Notes: generated by a model not told the origin, from the letters alone. A stretch of 64,000 nucleotides of DNA from Nitrospinales bacterium (GCA_965263085.1 OZ253582.1:2049135-2113134), one strand, 5' to 3'. Counted from the stretch's first letter, positions 40,256 through 50,902 are shown. Numbers and translations: made by a program.

Positions 40256-41394
40256 GACAGAACATAATTCCCTTCTTTTTTTCTAGCCTGACGGGATTCC
40301 AGATTCGCATCTTTCAGTAAATCCATACATATCTGGCGAACTTTTTCTGTAGCGTCCCAGTTGCCTAACTGATAGCTGTTGTCTTCCATTTTCTGCAATT
40401 GTTCAGGGTCTTCCATGGCACGAAGAATGGATTGGGCAATGCGTTCTCCTGATAATTCATCGTCCAGGACCAGTTCGCCGGCATTGGCGGCATCCAGCAC
40501 CCGAGCATTTTTTTCCTGATGATTGTGGGCCGCGTGGGGGTAAGGAATTAAGACGGATGCTTTCCCGCAAGCAGTTACTTCCGCGAGGGTGGTTGCGCCA
40601 GCCCGACAGATCACTAATGAGGCTTTACGATATTGTTCCGCCACATCATTGATAAACGGACTGACATCATGAGAGAAACCATTGTCCTCATATTTATTTT
40701 TAACCATTTCATAATCGCTCTCACCGGTTTGATGGGTGATATGGATATTTTCTCGTTTGGAAGAAAGAGGCTCCAATGCTTCTGCCATGGCAATATTAAT
40801 GGAGTGCGCCCCTTGGCTGCCTCCCAGAACCAGCACGCGAAAGGGTCCTTGGGGCTCTTTGAGAAACTCTTCCGGAGGCTGACAAAATTCATCGCGAATC
40901 ATGTTACCTGTCACCTCGACTTTATTTTTTGGAAAAAACTTGGCAGAGTCCTTGAATGAAACGGCTACTTTGTCTGCGATCTTCCCCAGCCATTTGTTGG
41001 TGAGGCCGGGAAAGGAGTTTTGTTCATGAATCAGAATTGGTATTCGCAATATCCAGGCAGAGAGGACCAGAGGACCTGATGCATACCCGCCGACACCTAC
41101 AACCAGATCAGGCTGCTTACTGATCAGGAAACACATGGACTGTGCGGTGCCTACTGGCAACTTAGCCCAAGACATCCAGAGGCTGAGGTGTTTTTTGCCA
41201 AGCAAACCTGCGGAGAGAATGGTTTTCAACTCGAACCCTTCGCGCGGAAGAACTTTTACTTCGATACCTTTTTGAGTTCCTACAAATGAAACTTCAATAT
41301 TCATATTATGTTTCCTTAGGGCTTTCGCTAAAGCGATTCCCGGGTAAAGATGGCCTCCGGTACCGCCACCGGCTATGACAACTTTTTTTTGCAT
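40246..41394 (-). CDS. murG: Undecaprenyldiphospho-muramoylpentapeptide beta-N-acetylglucosaminyltransferase
   Basis: VVIAGGGTGGHLYPGIALA, GGSQGA and the C-terminal HQEKNA motif. Confidence 0.95.
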   Translation of the reverse strand: MQKKVVIAGGGTGGHLYPGIALAKALRKHNMNIEVSFVGTQKGIEVKVLPREGFELKTILSAGLLGKKHLSLWMSWAKLPVGTAQSMCFLISKQPDLVVGVGGYASGPLVLSAWILRIPILIHEQNSFPGLTNKWLGKIADKVAVSFKDSAKFFPKNKVEVTGNMIRDEFCQPPEEFLKEPQGPFRVLVLGGSQGAHSINIAMAEALEPLSSKRENIHITHQTGESDYEMVKNKYEDNGFSHDVSPFINDVAEQYRKASLVICRAGATTLAEVTACGKASVLIPYPHAAHNHQEKNARVLDAANAGELVLDDELSGERIAQSILRAMEDPEQLQKMEDNSYQLGNWDATEKVRQICMDLLKDANLESRQARKKEGNYVLSCF

Positions 41395-41398
41395 TGAG

Positions 41399-42505
41399 TC
41401 AACGTCTTACCGTTTGTTTTGAAATATTCAGCAGAACACCTACTGAAAGCATGGTGATTAACATTGATGACCCGCCCATGCTAATGAGGGGTAGGGTTAA
41501 CCCCTTTGTTGGAAGAAGCCCTACGGCCACTCCCAGATTGATAAAAGCCTGAAACCCGATTAAAAGCGTCAGGCCGGTTGCCAAATGCGTTCCAAATGGA
41601 TCTTTGGCCCGATAAGCGATGGCAAAACCTCTCCAGATCAAAATTGAAAATAGGAGAACAATCGCTGTAGTCCCTATAAACCCAAGTTCTTCCCCGATGA
41701 CGGAAAAAATAAAGTCCGTGTGAGCTTCGGGAAGATAAAAAAGTTTTTGATGGCTAGCTCCTAATCCGGTCCCCCAATAACCTCCGCGGCCAAAAGCGTA
41801 AAAAGACTGGATGGCTTGAAATCCTGTGTTCGAAGGGTCTTGCCAGGGATTGAGAAAAGCTATGATGCGTCGGGTGGGGTATTCCGCGCTCATGCTTGCC
41901 GACGCTATGAAAGGAACCAGTGCAAGCACGGAGAAAAATAGAAACTTTTTCCTTAGGCCAGCGATAAAAAGCATTGTGAAAGTAACTATGCAGATAATTA
42001 TGGCGGTGCCAAAGTCGGGCTGGAACAGAATGGGGATGAAAAAGAAACCCAGCACAATCAGGTTGGGAAGATAGCCGTAAGCGAAGCTTCTCAGCTTGTC
42101 GGCTCGTTTGACCAGAGACTTGGCGATAAAAAGAACAAGAGCAAACTTTGCCAACTCCGAGGGTTGAAAAGAAAATCCTCCCAGGGTCAGCCATCTTCGC
42201 GCTCCACCGACTTCCTTGCTGATTTCCGGAAACATGACTGCAAGTAAAAGCAGAAAAGCGGCCATCATGATGAGGTAGGTGTGCTGGTGTAATTTGTGGT
42301 AGTCTAGGTTTTTGGTGACAAGCAGAACCCCTGTTCCCAGAAGACACCAGACGGTCTGGCGTTTAAGAAAATAATAGGAGTCGTTGTATTTTTCCATGGC
42401 ATACACTGCACTGGAGCTGAAAACCATAACGATGCCCACCAGAACCAAAACGGCTACGGTGATGCCTAATAGAAAATCTGAATGTTTTGCCTGAGGCATT
42501 GCCAA
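41399..42505 (-). CDS. ftsW: Peptidoglycan glycosyltransferase FtsW (SEDS family)
   Basis: Polytopic SEDS protein (FQPSELAKF, PEAHTDFIFSVIGEELG, LPLISMGGSS) located between murD and murG. Confidence 0.93.
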   Translation of the reverse strand: MAMPQAKHSDFLLGITVAVLVLVGIVMVFSSSAVYAMEKYNDSYYFLKRQTVWCLLGTGVLLVTKNLDYHKLHQHTYLIMMAAFLLLLAVMFPEISKEVGGARRWLTLGGFSFQPSELAKFALVLFIAKSLVKRADKLRSFAYGYLPNLIVLGFFFIPILFQPDFGTAIIICIVTFTMLFIAGLRKKFLFFSVLALVPFIASASMSAEYPTRRIIAFLNPWQDPSNTGFQAIQSFYAFGRGGYWGTGLGASHQKLFYLPEAHTDFIFSVIGEELGFIGTTAIVLLFSILIWRGFAIAYRAKDPFGTHLATGLTLLIGFQAFINLGVAVGLLPTKGLTLPLISMGGSSMLITMLSVGVLLNISKQTVRR

Positions 42506-42511
42506 AGTCTA

Positions 42512-43851
42512 TTATCCTTCCAGATTTTTAACGATGGTTTTAAAACGGTTTCCCCGGTCTGCGTAATCTTTGAACATGTCAAAGCTGGCACAGGCAGGGG
42601 AAAGGAGCACAATATCGCCATTCTCCGCTTTTGCTTTGGCCAGACCCACAGCCTCTTCTAGACTATCGCTTTTTTCATAACCGAAGGAGCTGTTAAGGAC
42701 CCCTTTAAATTTATTGCGGGTCTCTCCGATCAAAACTAGATGCTTGACTTTTTCTTTCATAAGGCCTTTTAGGGGAGAAAAATCCGTGTCTTTGTCTATT
42801 CCTCCGGCAATCAGAATGATGGGGCGGTCAAAAGTGCTTAATGATTTGCAGACAGAGCCTACGTTGGTACCTTTGGAATCGTTGACGAAATCAACGCCGT
42901 TCAGATTGCGGACCCATTCCAGGCGGTGCTCAAGGCCGATAAAGTTTTTTAAGGCTTGTTGAATAGCTTCCGGTGATACGTCGACGAGTAAAGCGGCAGC
43001 GATGGCGGGAAGAATGTTCTCGACTTGCCATTGCATTCCTCTGGACAGCGACTCAAGGGATATGATTTTCTGTTCGCTGTTTTGCAGTCTGGCGATGATT
43101 CTGTTACCACGCAAAAAGACTCCTTTTTCCAACTCAGTTTGAGTACTAAATAAAATGCGTTTGGCCGGACAGTTATTACCAAGATCACGAGTATTAAGGT
43201 CATCATGGTTCAGTATCAAAAAATCGCCCCGGGTTTGATGGGTGAATATTTTTTGCTTCAGCGCGATATAGCTTTGGAAATCTCTATGCCGGTCCATGTG
43301 GTCAGGAGTTATATTAAGAATGATGGAAATGACAGGGTGAAGGCTTGATGTGGCTTCCATTTGAAAGCTAGAAAGCTCAAGAATTCTGTAATCGGCATCA
43401 CCCTGGCCCAATAAAGAAATAAAAGGAGTCCCAAGGTTTCCTCCTGCATGCACGGTTTTTCAGCCCGCTCAAAAATCTCAGTGATCAAGCTGGTGCAGGT
43501 GGATTTGCCATTGGTCCCGGTGATGGCAATAATCGGAACGGAATTGAATCGGTTTGCCAACTCAATTTCGCTGATGATTTCGATCCCTTCCCTGCGCATA
43601 TCTTCGAGAAATGACGAGTGAATATCCACTCCCGGACTCAACACAACCGCTTTTGTGTCGGAAGGAGGTTCAGGATTTTGGAAACGGGTTTTCACATCTG
43701 CGCACAATTGTTTCAAAGGCTCCAATAGTTGTTCGCGGGACTTGCTGTCTGTCACAGTGACATGAGCTCCGTGCCGGGAAAGGAAATTAGCAACAGCGAT
43801 TCCTGTCTGTCCAAGTCCGATTACAGATAGGTTTTTATTTTTAAGTTCCAT
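42512..43851 (-). pseudogene. murD: UDP-N-acetylmuramoylalanine--D-glutamate ligase MurD, split by a 1-nt frameshift (probably a sequence error)
   Basis: The N-terminal part is MELKNKNLSVIGLGQTGIAVA...ITGTNGKSTCTSLITEIFERAEK. The frame is then lost, and the remainder VHAGGNLGTPFISLL...DHMDRH... continues in the +1 frame to 42512. One extra A in the A5 run (plus-strand T5, 43456-43460) restores ...ERAEKTVHAGGNLG.... The ATG at 43851 lies 2 nt after the mraY stop. Confidence 0.9.
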
Positions 43852-43853
43852 CT

Positions 43854-44939
43854 TTACCTTAGCTTCAGGGTGCTGAGACTGATCATGGCTAAGACTACGG
43901 CGACAATCCAAAACCGCACAATTACTTTAGGCTCTGACCAGCCGAGTTTCTCAAAATGATGATGAAGTGGGGCCATTTTGAAAAAGCGTTTTCCATCTGT
44001 GTATTTGAAATAACCAACCTGAATGATGACGGATATTGCTTCGATCATGAAAACTCCACCAACAAGAATCAACAAAAGTTCATGCTTGACGATCACCGCG
44101 ATTGTTCCCAACACACCTCCCAAAGATAAGGACCCGACATCGCCCATAAAAATTTGAGCGGGGTAGGAGTTGTACCAAAGAAAACCCAGGCTGGCCCCAA
44201 GAACGGCTGAGCTGGCAACTGCGATTTCCCCTGCTTCCTTGATGTGTTGAATGCGCAAGTATTCCGAAAAATTGAAATGACCAGAGATATAAACAATGCC
44301 AGTATAAGTGAACGTGGCGACGATAATGGGGCCGATGGCCAATCCATCTAGGCCGTCTGTCAGGTTGACGGCGTTGGAGGTACCCACCATTATGAAGGTA
44401 ATAAAAATTAGGTAGCCGAATCCCAGGTCAGGCTGGAAACTTTTAAAGAAGGGGACCGACAAACGCGTGGCATATTCGGCACGCACAGGATCGAAATACA
44501 GTAGGTAGATTCCAATCGCCATACTCAATAAGATCTGAAGCAATATCTTTTCTTTAGCGGTGATGCCTTTGCCTTTTCGTAATTTTAGAAAGTCATCGCG
44601 GAGACCGATTGCCCCAAAACCAATCGCAGAAAGCAGGACCACCCAAATATAATGATTACTTAAATCTGCCCACAGCAGAGTGGAGCCTACAAAGGTCGCC
44701 AGTATAAGCAGCCCACCCATCGTCGGAGTTCCGGACTTGGAACTGTGGCACTGCGGGCCATCACTGCGAATCTTTTCACCTATCTGCAGCCTCTGCAAAG
44801 CGCGAATCATTAGCTTGCCCAGAATCAGACTCAATACCAGCGCCGTGATTCCGGCATAGGCGGACCGGAAGGTGATGTATTTGAAGATATTGAATATTGA
44901 ATAGTCCGAACTGAGCGGATAAAACCAGTGATAGAACAT
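43854..44939 (-). CDS. mraY: Phospho-N-acetylmuramoyl-pentapeptide transferase
   Basis: GTPTMGG, NAVNLTDGLDGLA, and HHHFE near the C-terminus. Confidence 0.97.
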   Translation of the reverse strand: MFYHWFYPLSSDYSIFNIFKYITFRSAYAGITALVLSLILGKLMIRALQRLQIGEKIRSDGPQCHSSKSGTPTMGGLLILATFVGSTLLWADLSNHYIWVVLLSAIGFGAIGLRDDFLKLRKGKGITAKEKILLQILLSMAIGIYLLYFDPVRAEYATRLSVPFFKSFQPDLGFGYLIFITFIMVGTSNAVNLTDGLDGLAIGPIIVATFTYTGIVYISGHFNFSEYLRIQHIKEAGEIAVASSAVLGASLGFLWYNSYPAQIFMGDVGSLSLGGVLGTIAVIVKHELLLILVGGVFMIEAISVIIQVGYFKYTDGKRFFKMAPLHHHFEKLGWSEPKVIVRFWIVAVVLAMISLSTLKLR

Positions 44940-44941
44940 TT

Positions 44942-46345
44942 TTATTTTTTATCTGCGATAAAGATTTGTAATACTTTTTCAATTGCGGCCCCTCGTGAGC
45001 CTTTGAACATCACACAATCGCCACTTATTGCTTCCCGTATTAAAAACTCTGCCGCTTCCTGATGGCTGGCGAATTTCAGTATTTGAATTTTCTCCCCTGC
45101 AAGAGCCCGAGCGCTTTCTGCTGACAGACCCGCCAGCTTTCCTACCGCAAGAAGAGTGTTTACTTTGGATTTGGCTATTTCTTCTCCCAGCTTTTGATGG
45201 GCGGCGATAAACCGATCTCCTAATTCGAGCATGTCGCCAATCACGAATATTCGTCGGCCTTGAGTTTTAAAGGTGTCTAGTGTTTTCAGGGCTTCGGTCA
45301 TAGACCGTGGGTTAGCGTTGTAAGCGTCGTTGATCAGATTAATCCCTTTATGCAGGATCTGTTCATTGCGCCGGGGCATGTGTTGGAAATTCTCCAACCC
45401 ACGGGTCATGGCCTCCTCCTGAATCCCCAGCGAGTAACCGGTTGCCAGTGCGGCCAGCGTGTTGTAAATGTTGCAGTATCCAAGGTAAGGAAGGCGAACG
45501 GAAATAGTTTTACCGAAAAGGTTGACTTTGAATTGAAACCCAAGATTGTCCTTGCTTTCTATTTCGCTGGCTCGCACATCTGCAGGCTGGTCGATTCCAA
45601 AGGTAACGGTCTTGGCGCGAAGTGACTGAGCCAGTTCCAGAACCAGCGGGTCATCGGCGTTAACAATGGCTGTGCCTTCTTTTGTCAACGCATCAAACAA
45701 CTCTCCCTTTGCAGACTGAATATCTTTCAGGCTCTTCAATTGCGTCAGATGCCCTTCGGAAATATTGGTGATCACCCCAATATCGGGTTGTGCGATCTCA
45801 GCCAGCCTTTTGATCTCACCCGCATCGCTCATCCCTAACTCAAGTACTCCTATCTCATGGGAAGGCTCTCTTTTCAGAAGAGTTAGGGGCAAACCGATAT
45901 GATTGTTTAGATTACCTTGCGTTTTTAAAGTCTTGAATTTGGTTTGCAATATAGAGGCGATCATTTCTTTGGTGGTTGATTTTCCGTTTGTTCCAGTGAT
46001 AGCAACAACCTGAAATGGAAACCGTCTTCTCTGAAAGCTTGCTAAACCCTGCAGAGCTTTAAGCGTGTTCTGGACATGAATCACAAAAGGTTCCTCTCCA
46101 GTCTGGGTAGATATATCCGGAAGTTTTTCTGGATTGGACAGAATGACTCCTGCAACCTTTTTATCAATTACGTTAGCCAGAAAGTCATGCCCATCAAACC
46201 GCTCTCCTTTGATACAAGTAAATAGTTCTCCTTTCGAGACCGTCCGGGAATTTATGGAAACCCCTTGAAATGGACAGGTGAGGTCTCCTTGCAGGAGCCG
46301 ACCTTCAAATGCATTGAGGCAATCTTGTAGTTGACCTTTCATCAA
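44942..46345 (-). CDS. murF: UDP-N-acetylmuramoyl-tripeptide--D-alanyl-D-alanine ligase
   Basis: P-loop ITGTNGKSTTKEM and DAYNANP, between murE and mraY. Confidence 0.93.
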   Translation of the reverse strand: MMKGQLQDCLNAFEGRLLQGDLTCPFQGVSINSRTVSKGELFTCIKGERFDGHDFLANVIDKKVAGVILSNPEKLPDISTQTGEEPFVIHVQNTLKALQGLASFQRRRFPFQVVAITGTNGKSTTKEMIASILQTKFKTLKTQGNLNNHIGLPLTLLKREPSHEIGVLELGMSDAGEIKRLAEIAQPDIGVITNISEGHLTQLKSLKDIQSAKGELFDALTKEGTAIVNADDPLVLELAQSLRAKTVTFGIDQPADVRASEIESKDNLGFQFKVNLFGKTISVRLPYLGYCNIYNTLAALATGYSLGIQEEAMTRGLENFQHMPRRNEQILHKGINLINDAYNANPRSMTEALKTLDTFKTQGRRIFVIGDMLELGDRFIAAHQKLGEEIAKSKVNTLLAVGKLAGLSAESARALAGEKIQILKFASHQEAAEFLIREAISGDCVMFKGSRGAAIEKVLQIFIADKK

Positions 46346-47904
46346 TGGCTTCGTTGCTTTAGGGCTGATCGAGCAACTTCCCGATCATCAAAGTGAATGG
46401 TTTGTGTTGCCAAAACCTGATAGTCCTCATGACCTTTTCCGGCGATGAGAACCAAATCGTTTTTGCTAGCGAGACGAATAGCATGCTCAATAGCCTCTCT
46501 TCGATTGATGATTACGACATAATTTCCACCCTTGCGGGCAGAAGAAGGAGCATCTTGAAGAATATCTTGAATGATCTGTTTGGGATCTTCTGTTCTGGGG
46601 TTGTCAGAGGTGATGATAGAAAAATCCGCTTCATTCAAAACGGCTTGCCCCATGGCTTTTCTTTTGCCTTTGTCCCTGTCACCGCCACAACCGAACACAA
46701 CAATCAGCTTTCCTTTGGTGGATGCTTTTGCGGCAGAGATTGCGTTGCCAAGTGCGTCATCGGTATGTGCGTAGTCCACCAGCACGGAAAATCCCTGATT
46801 GTTGTCAATGCTTTCAAATCGTCCGGGGATTGGAGGGATACGATGAAACACTTCCTGAACTATTTCCAGAGAAACATCTTGAGTCATAGCTCCTGCAGCA
46901 GCAGAGAGGAGGTTGTGAACATTATGTCGGCCGAGAAGGTTAGAATAGATTTCTCCGGCCCCGAAAGGAGTTTTTAAGGTGAATTGGCAACCCGATTTTG
47001 TGAGCACAATATTTTCAGCCTTAAAATCTGCATTATTTTCAATGCCTGTGGTGAAGGAGTTTGTCTTGAATTCTTCATTGAATTCCTGTCCAGCAGGATC
47101 GTCAATATTGAAAATGCTCTGTTCCACCTGATTGTCCAAGAAAAGTTTTTTCTTGGCGTTTTTATAGTTCTCCATATCGCCATGGAAGTCCAGATGATCG
47201 CGGCTTAGATTGGTGAGTATCCCAACTTTAAATTGCATATCATGGACACGGCTCTGGTATAGGGCATGAGAAGAGACCTCGAGAAAGCAATTTTCAATTT
47301 TTTCTTCTATCATTCTGTCCAGCATTTGATTCAAATCCAGTGATTCAGGTGTGGTGACAGGGGCAGAAAGTTTTTTATCCCCGTAATGGTAATTGATGGT
47401 GCCGATAACTCCCGTCCGAGTTTTCTTTGCCCTGAACAAAGCCTCAAGAATATAGGATGTGGTGGTTTTCCCATTAGTACCGGTGATTCCCGTTATAGCT
47501 AAACGTTTTGAAGGGTGATGGTAAAAACTAGCGCTGACGATGGAAAGCGCTTTTCGAGAATCTTCCACACACAAGGCGGTTACGTCGCGCGATCCCAGGT
47601 CGAAGTCGTTCAGGGAATCGAGAGAGGCTTGGGTGATAAATGCCGAGGCCCCTTTGGCGATCGCATCCTTAATAAACATTCTTCCGTCCCAGTTTCCTCC
47701 TGGTATGGCCACAAACAGACTATCCGGCCCTGCTTTTCTGGAGTCGTAGACGATTGCGCGGATGGCTCGGTCCATGGTTCCAAGAATATTGGTAACCGGT
47801 AAACCGAGGATTAAACGCGAAAGCTTTTGTTCATTATAATCAGTCACGTTAAGGTAACCACTTTCAGGAAATGTCAGCCAGTTTATTGAACTTGTCGATT
47901 CCAT
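46342..47904 (-). CDS. murE: UDP-N-acetylmuramoyl-L-alanyl-D-glutamate--2,6-diaminopimelate ligase
   Basis: ITGTNGKTTTSY, DYAHTPDAL-like DYAHTDDAL, and a DNPR motif (TSDNPRTEDP). The start is set at the ATG 47904 (MESTSS...), which overlaps the ftsI stop as TGATG. The longer ORF to 48015 would lie inside ftsI. Confidence 0.92.
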   Translation of the reverse strand: MESTSSINWLTFPESGYLNVTDYNEQKLSRLILGLPVTNILGTMDRAIRAIVYDSRKAGPDSLFVAIPGGNWDGRMFIKDAIAKGASAFITQASLDSLNDFDLGSRDVTALCVEDSRKALSIVSASFYHHPSKRLAITGITGTNGKTTTSYILEALFRAKKTRTGVIGTINYHYGDKKLSAPVTTPESLDLNQMLDRMIEEKIENCFLEVSSHALYQSRVHDMQFKVGILTNLSRDHLDFHGDMENYKNAKKKLFLDNQVEQSIFNIDDPAGQEFNEEFKTNSFTTGIENNADFKAENIVLTKSGCQFTLKTPFGAGEIYSNLLGRHNVHNLLSAAAGAMTQDVSLEIVQEVFHRIPPIPGRFESIDNNQGFSVLVDYAHTDDALGNAISAAKASTKGKLIVVFGCGGDRDKGKRKAMGQAVLNEADFSIITSDNPRTEDPKQIIQDILQDAPSSARKGGNYVVIINRREAIEHAIRLASKNDLVLIAGKGHEDYQVLATQTIHFDDREVARSALKQRSH

Positions 47905-49649
47905 CAGGCTCGATCGAGAATAAAAACACGTTCTTTGCTTGACGGAACGTTTAAATAACGCAACGCCTTTTTTGCTATTTGTCGGAACACGGGTGCCGCC
48001 ACAATACTTCCCCAATGCAACCCTTTGGGGTTGTCGATCATCACCAAGATTACAAGCCGTGGGGAATCTGCCGGAGCAAAACCGATAAAAGAAGAAATGA
48101 ATTCTGTTTTAGAGTAAGACTGTGTCTCCATATTATATTTCTGCGCCGTCCCGGTTTTGCCCGCCACGTCAAACCCTTCCAGGTCGGCTTCCCCTCCGGT
48201 CCCGTCTTTTACCACTGACTTGAGAATTTCAACCATTTGCAGGCTGGCTTTTTCGGAAATGACGCGGCGGATTTTTTTTGGCTTAAATTGCTCAACGACC
48301 TTCCCATCTTTAATCAATGCTTTAGTGATGTAAGGTGCCATGAGATTTCCGCCATTGGCGATCGCCGCTAGGGCACTGACCATCTGAATAGGGGTAACAG
48401 CGATCTCGTGCCCAAAAGAAATAGAGGCGAGAGACATCTCTGTCCATTTTTTCTGGCCTTTAAGTTGGCCTGGAGACTCACCGGGGAGCGGCAGGCCGGA
48501 TTTTTCACCAAACCCAAATTTGCGGATGTACTCATAAAAATGTTTCTTGCCAACCTGCTGTGCAATTTTGACCGAACCTATGTTGCTGGACTTGGCAATG
48601 ATTTCGAGCATAGTTAGCCAGCCAAATTTATGTTCGGAAGCTTCTCCTATATAGGTTTTCCCAATTTTGAGTTTTCCGTTTTCACAAAAATAAACATCCT
48701 CCGGTCTGGCCAACTCTTTATCGAGAGCCGCCGCGGCAACGATAGGCTTGAAAATCGATCCGGGCTCGTAAGAACTGGCAACGATATTATTTTTCCAGAC
48801 TTTCTGGGAAAACGCCCCGTAGTGGTTTGGGTTGAATTGTGGAACATTGGCCATCGCATAAATCCCCCCTGTGTGAGGATCCATAACCACAGCCATCCCC
48901 GAGTCCGCTTTAAAACGTTCAACTTGTTTTTTCAAATGATATTCAGTAGTGAATTGAATGACCTCATCCAGAGTAAGAACCATGTCGTAGCTTCTAGAGC
49001 TGGAGTCGCTCAAGCCATCTAGGGATTGAATATTTCTTCCGCGGGCATCACGTTCCGTGACCTGCCTGATGGTGGCACCCTTGAGCCTGGATTGATGAGC
49101 ATGCTCAATGCCGGCAAGGCCTTGATTGTCTATGCCGACAAACCCCAAAACACTTGCCGCAAGTTCCCGTTTTGGATAAAATCTTTTTTGTTCGGACACG
49201 AATCCCACGCCAGAAATACTGGCTTGTTTTAGTGCCGCAACTTCATTGAGACCGTTCTTCCGCTTGATCCAGACAAAATGTTTTTTGGAAGATATTTTTT
49301 TATAGACTTGATCCCGATCCAGTTTCAGTGTTGCCGAAAGAACACGGGCGGCAGTTTTCCGGTCCAGTATTTCCGAGGGAGTTACATAAACAGATTCTAC
49401 CTCGACATTTCGCGCGAGCTCGTTCAAATTTCGGTCATAGATCACCCCGCGCCCGAATTGAGTTTCGACAGTCCTCATGTACTGCTTTTCAGATTGTGCC
49501 AGAAGAGTTTCATGCTGGATGATCTGCAGAAAGGCCAGTCGGGCGATCAAAGCGGCTCCAAACAGAAAGAGCAATACCGAGATAACCCTTAGCCGGCTTT
49601 TAACTCCATTTCGAAACGTTCCCGTGATTTTTTTATTAGTCTTCGCCAT
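47904..49649 (-). CDS. ftsI: Penicillin-binding protein 3 / peptidoglycan D,D-transpeptidase FtsI
   Basis: N-terminal TM anchor, PBP dimerisation domain and transpeptidase motifs SxxK (SIFK), SSN and KTGT. Confidence 0.93.
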   Translation of the reverse strand: MAKTNKKITGTFRNGVKSRLRVISVLLFLFGAALIARLAFLQIIQHETLLAQSEKQYMRTVETQFGRGVIYDRNLNELARNVEVESVYVTPSEILDRKTAARVLSATLKLDRDQVYKKISSKKHFVWIKRKNGLNEVAALKQASISGVGFVSEQKRFYPKRELAASVLGFVGIDNQGLAGIEHAHQSRLKGATIRQVTERDARGRNIQSLDGLSDSSSRSYDMVLTLDEVIQFTTEYHLKKQVERFKADSGMAVVMDPHTGGIYAMANVPQFNPNHYGAFSQKVWKNNIVASSYEPGSIFKPIVAAAALDKELARPEDVYFCENGKLKIGKTYIGEASEHKFGWLTMLEIIAKSSNIGSVKIAQQVGKKHFYEYIRKFGFGEKSGLPLPGESPGQLKGQKKWTEMSLASISFGHEIAVTPIQMVSALAAIANGGNLMAPYITKALIKDGKVVEQFKPKKIRRVISEKASLQMVEILKSVVKDGTGGEADLEGFDVAGKTGTAQKYNMETQSYSKTEFISSFIGFAPADSPRLVILVMIDNPKGLHWGSIVAAPVFRQIAKKALRYLNVPSSKERVFILDRA

Positions 49650-49653
49650 ATTG

Positions 49654-49971
49654 TTATTTCAGGAAAATGGTGGTCACCGTACTCTCCTCAGGTTCTTTCA
49701 TCCCCACTGTGGTTTTAGCCAAAAGATGAACGCGATCCAGAGATCTCAGGCTTTCGCGTTCAAGGTTGAGCAGGTGGTTCTCTTTCAATAATTTTCTGTG
49801 TTCTTTGGCTAGGTCCTGATATTCATAGGCCAGATTGATTCTTTTAACGTTGGGCCAAACCAGAGCCAACGCCCCGAGCATGAACAGGATGGAGATCAAA
49901 ATGACCATCCCGAAATCTTTTGATGAAACATGAAGTCGACCTTTGATAAATCTATGAACTCTGTTAAACAT
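49654..49971 (-). CDS. ftsL: Cell division protein FtsL
   Basis: 105 aa with a single TM helix followed by a leucine-rich coiled coil (EHRKLLKENHLLNLERESL). It lies between rsmH and ftsI. Confidence 0.65.
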   Translation of the reverse strand: MFNRVHRFIKGRLHVSSKDFGMVILISILFMLGALALVWPNVKRINLAYEYQDLAKEHRKLLKENHLLNLERESLRSLDRVHLLAKTTVGMKEPEESTVTTIFLK

Positions 49972-50902
49972 AAGCTCTTTCTGCTACTCTCAATTTTGCA
50001 CTTATCGCTCGCGGGTTTTGCGCCACCTCTTCTTCTGAAGACATAAGAGGCTTGCGAGTCAAAATTTTCAAGGTTTGCGTTCTTCCACAAATACACACAG
50101 GTGTTTTTGGTGGACAAGAGCACCCTTTCTCCTCATCTCTAAAAAATGTTTTTACGATCCTGTCCTCCAAAGAGTGAAATGAGATCACAGCCACGCGGGC
50201 TGTTGAATCGAGTAGTCCTATCGTATCGGCCAGGGCCATTTTCAATTCCTCCAGCTCATCATTGACGGCTATCCTCAGAGCCTGAAATGTCTTTGTCGCA
50301 GGATGGATCCGTGAATGCCTGGGCGATGACACCACCCGCGCTACAATCCTGGAAAGCTGGCCGGTAGTGGTGATGGGACGCTCAACCTGTTCCTTGCGAA
50401 GCGCACGGACAATCCGTTTTGAATAACGCTCTTCACCAAAATTTTTAATAATGGATGTCAGTTCTGCGTCAGAAAGTTTTTCCAGAAGATCGGCAACTGA
50501 GGTTTTCTGGGAGGAGTCCATTCGCATATCAAGCGGACCATCATGCTGGATGCTGAAGCCGCGCTCGGCCGTGTCTAACTGAGGTGAAGAAACACCCAGG
50601 TCCATCAGCAGTCCAACTGCACCTGTGATGCCATTTTCGGCTGCCAGGCTTTTAAGGTTTCCCAAGTTTCCGTGGGCCAGAGTTACTCTGTCGCGGAAAG
50701 GAGACAGTCTTTCGCCAGCCCGCTCTATAGCGGAGCGGTCCCGGTCAATTGCGAAAACCCGGATTTCAGGAACTGTGTTTTTCAGGATGAATTCTGTATG
50801 GCCTCCATCCCCGAGTGTACCATCCACGATTACACCCTCCATGTGAACATTTAGGTAATGAAGTACTTCGTTTTTCATTACCGATTCGTGGTACGTTGGC
50901 AT
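49964..50902 (-). CDS. rsmH: 16S rRNA (cytosine1402-N4)-methyltransferase
   Basis: MPTYHESVMKNEVL...VDGTLGDGGHT..., DLGVSSPQLD and SFHSLEDRIVK. The ATG at 50902 was chosen because the ORF-track start at 50995 would overlap mraZ. Confidence 0.93.
   Translation of the reverse strand: MPTYHESVMKNEVLHYLNVHMEGVIVDGTLGDGGHTEFILKNTVPEIRVFAIDRDRSAIERAGERLSPFRDRVTLAHGNLGNLKSLAAENGITGAVGLLMDLGVSSPQLDTAERGFSIQHDGPLDMRMDSSQKTSVADLLEKLSDAELTSIIKNFGEERYSKRIVRALRKEQVERPITTTGQLSRIVARVVSSPRHSRIHPATKTFQALRIAVNDELEELKMALADTIGLLDSTARVAVISFHSLEDRIVKTFFRDEEKGCSCPPKTPVCICGRTQTLKILTRKPLMSSEEEVAQNPRAISAKLRVAERAYV

Noticed and set aside
41754-42347. A 197-aa ORF in an alternative frame on the minus strand
   Set aside because: It is embedded in ftsW, whose own frame has clear SEDS motifs. 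The product is Arg/Ser/Pro-rich nonsense-like sequence.
47905-48015. Long N-terminal extensions suggested by the ORF track (murE to 48015, rsmH to 50995, mraZ to 51383, dppF to 59629, murD N-terminal fragment to 43911, NamZ to 23317)
   Set aside because: Each extension overlaps the upstream gene and lacks family similarity. Internal ATGs positioned at or just after the upstream stop codon give canonical N-termini.
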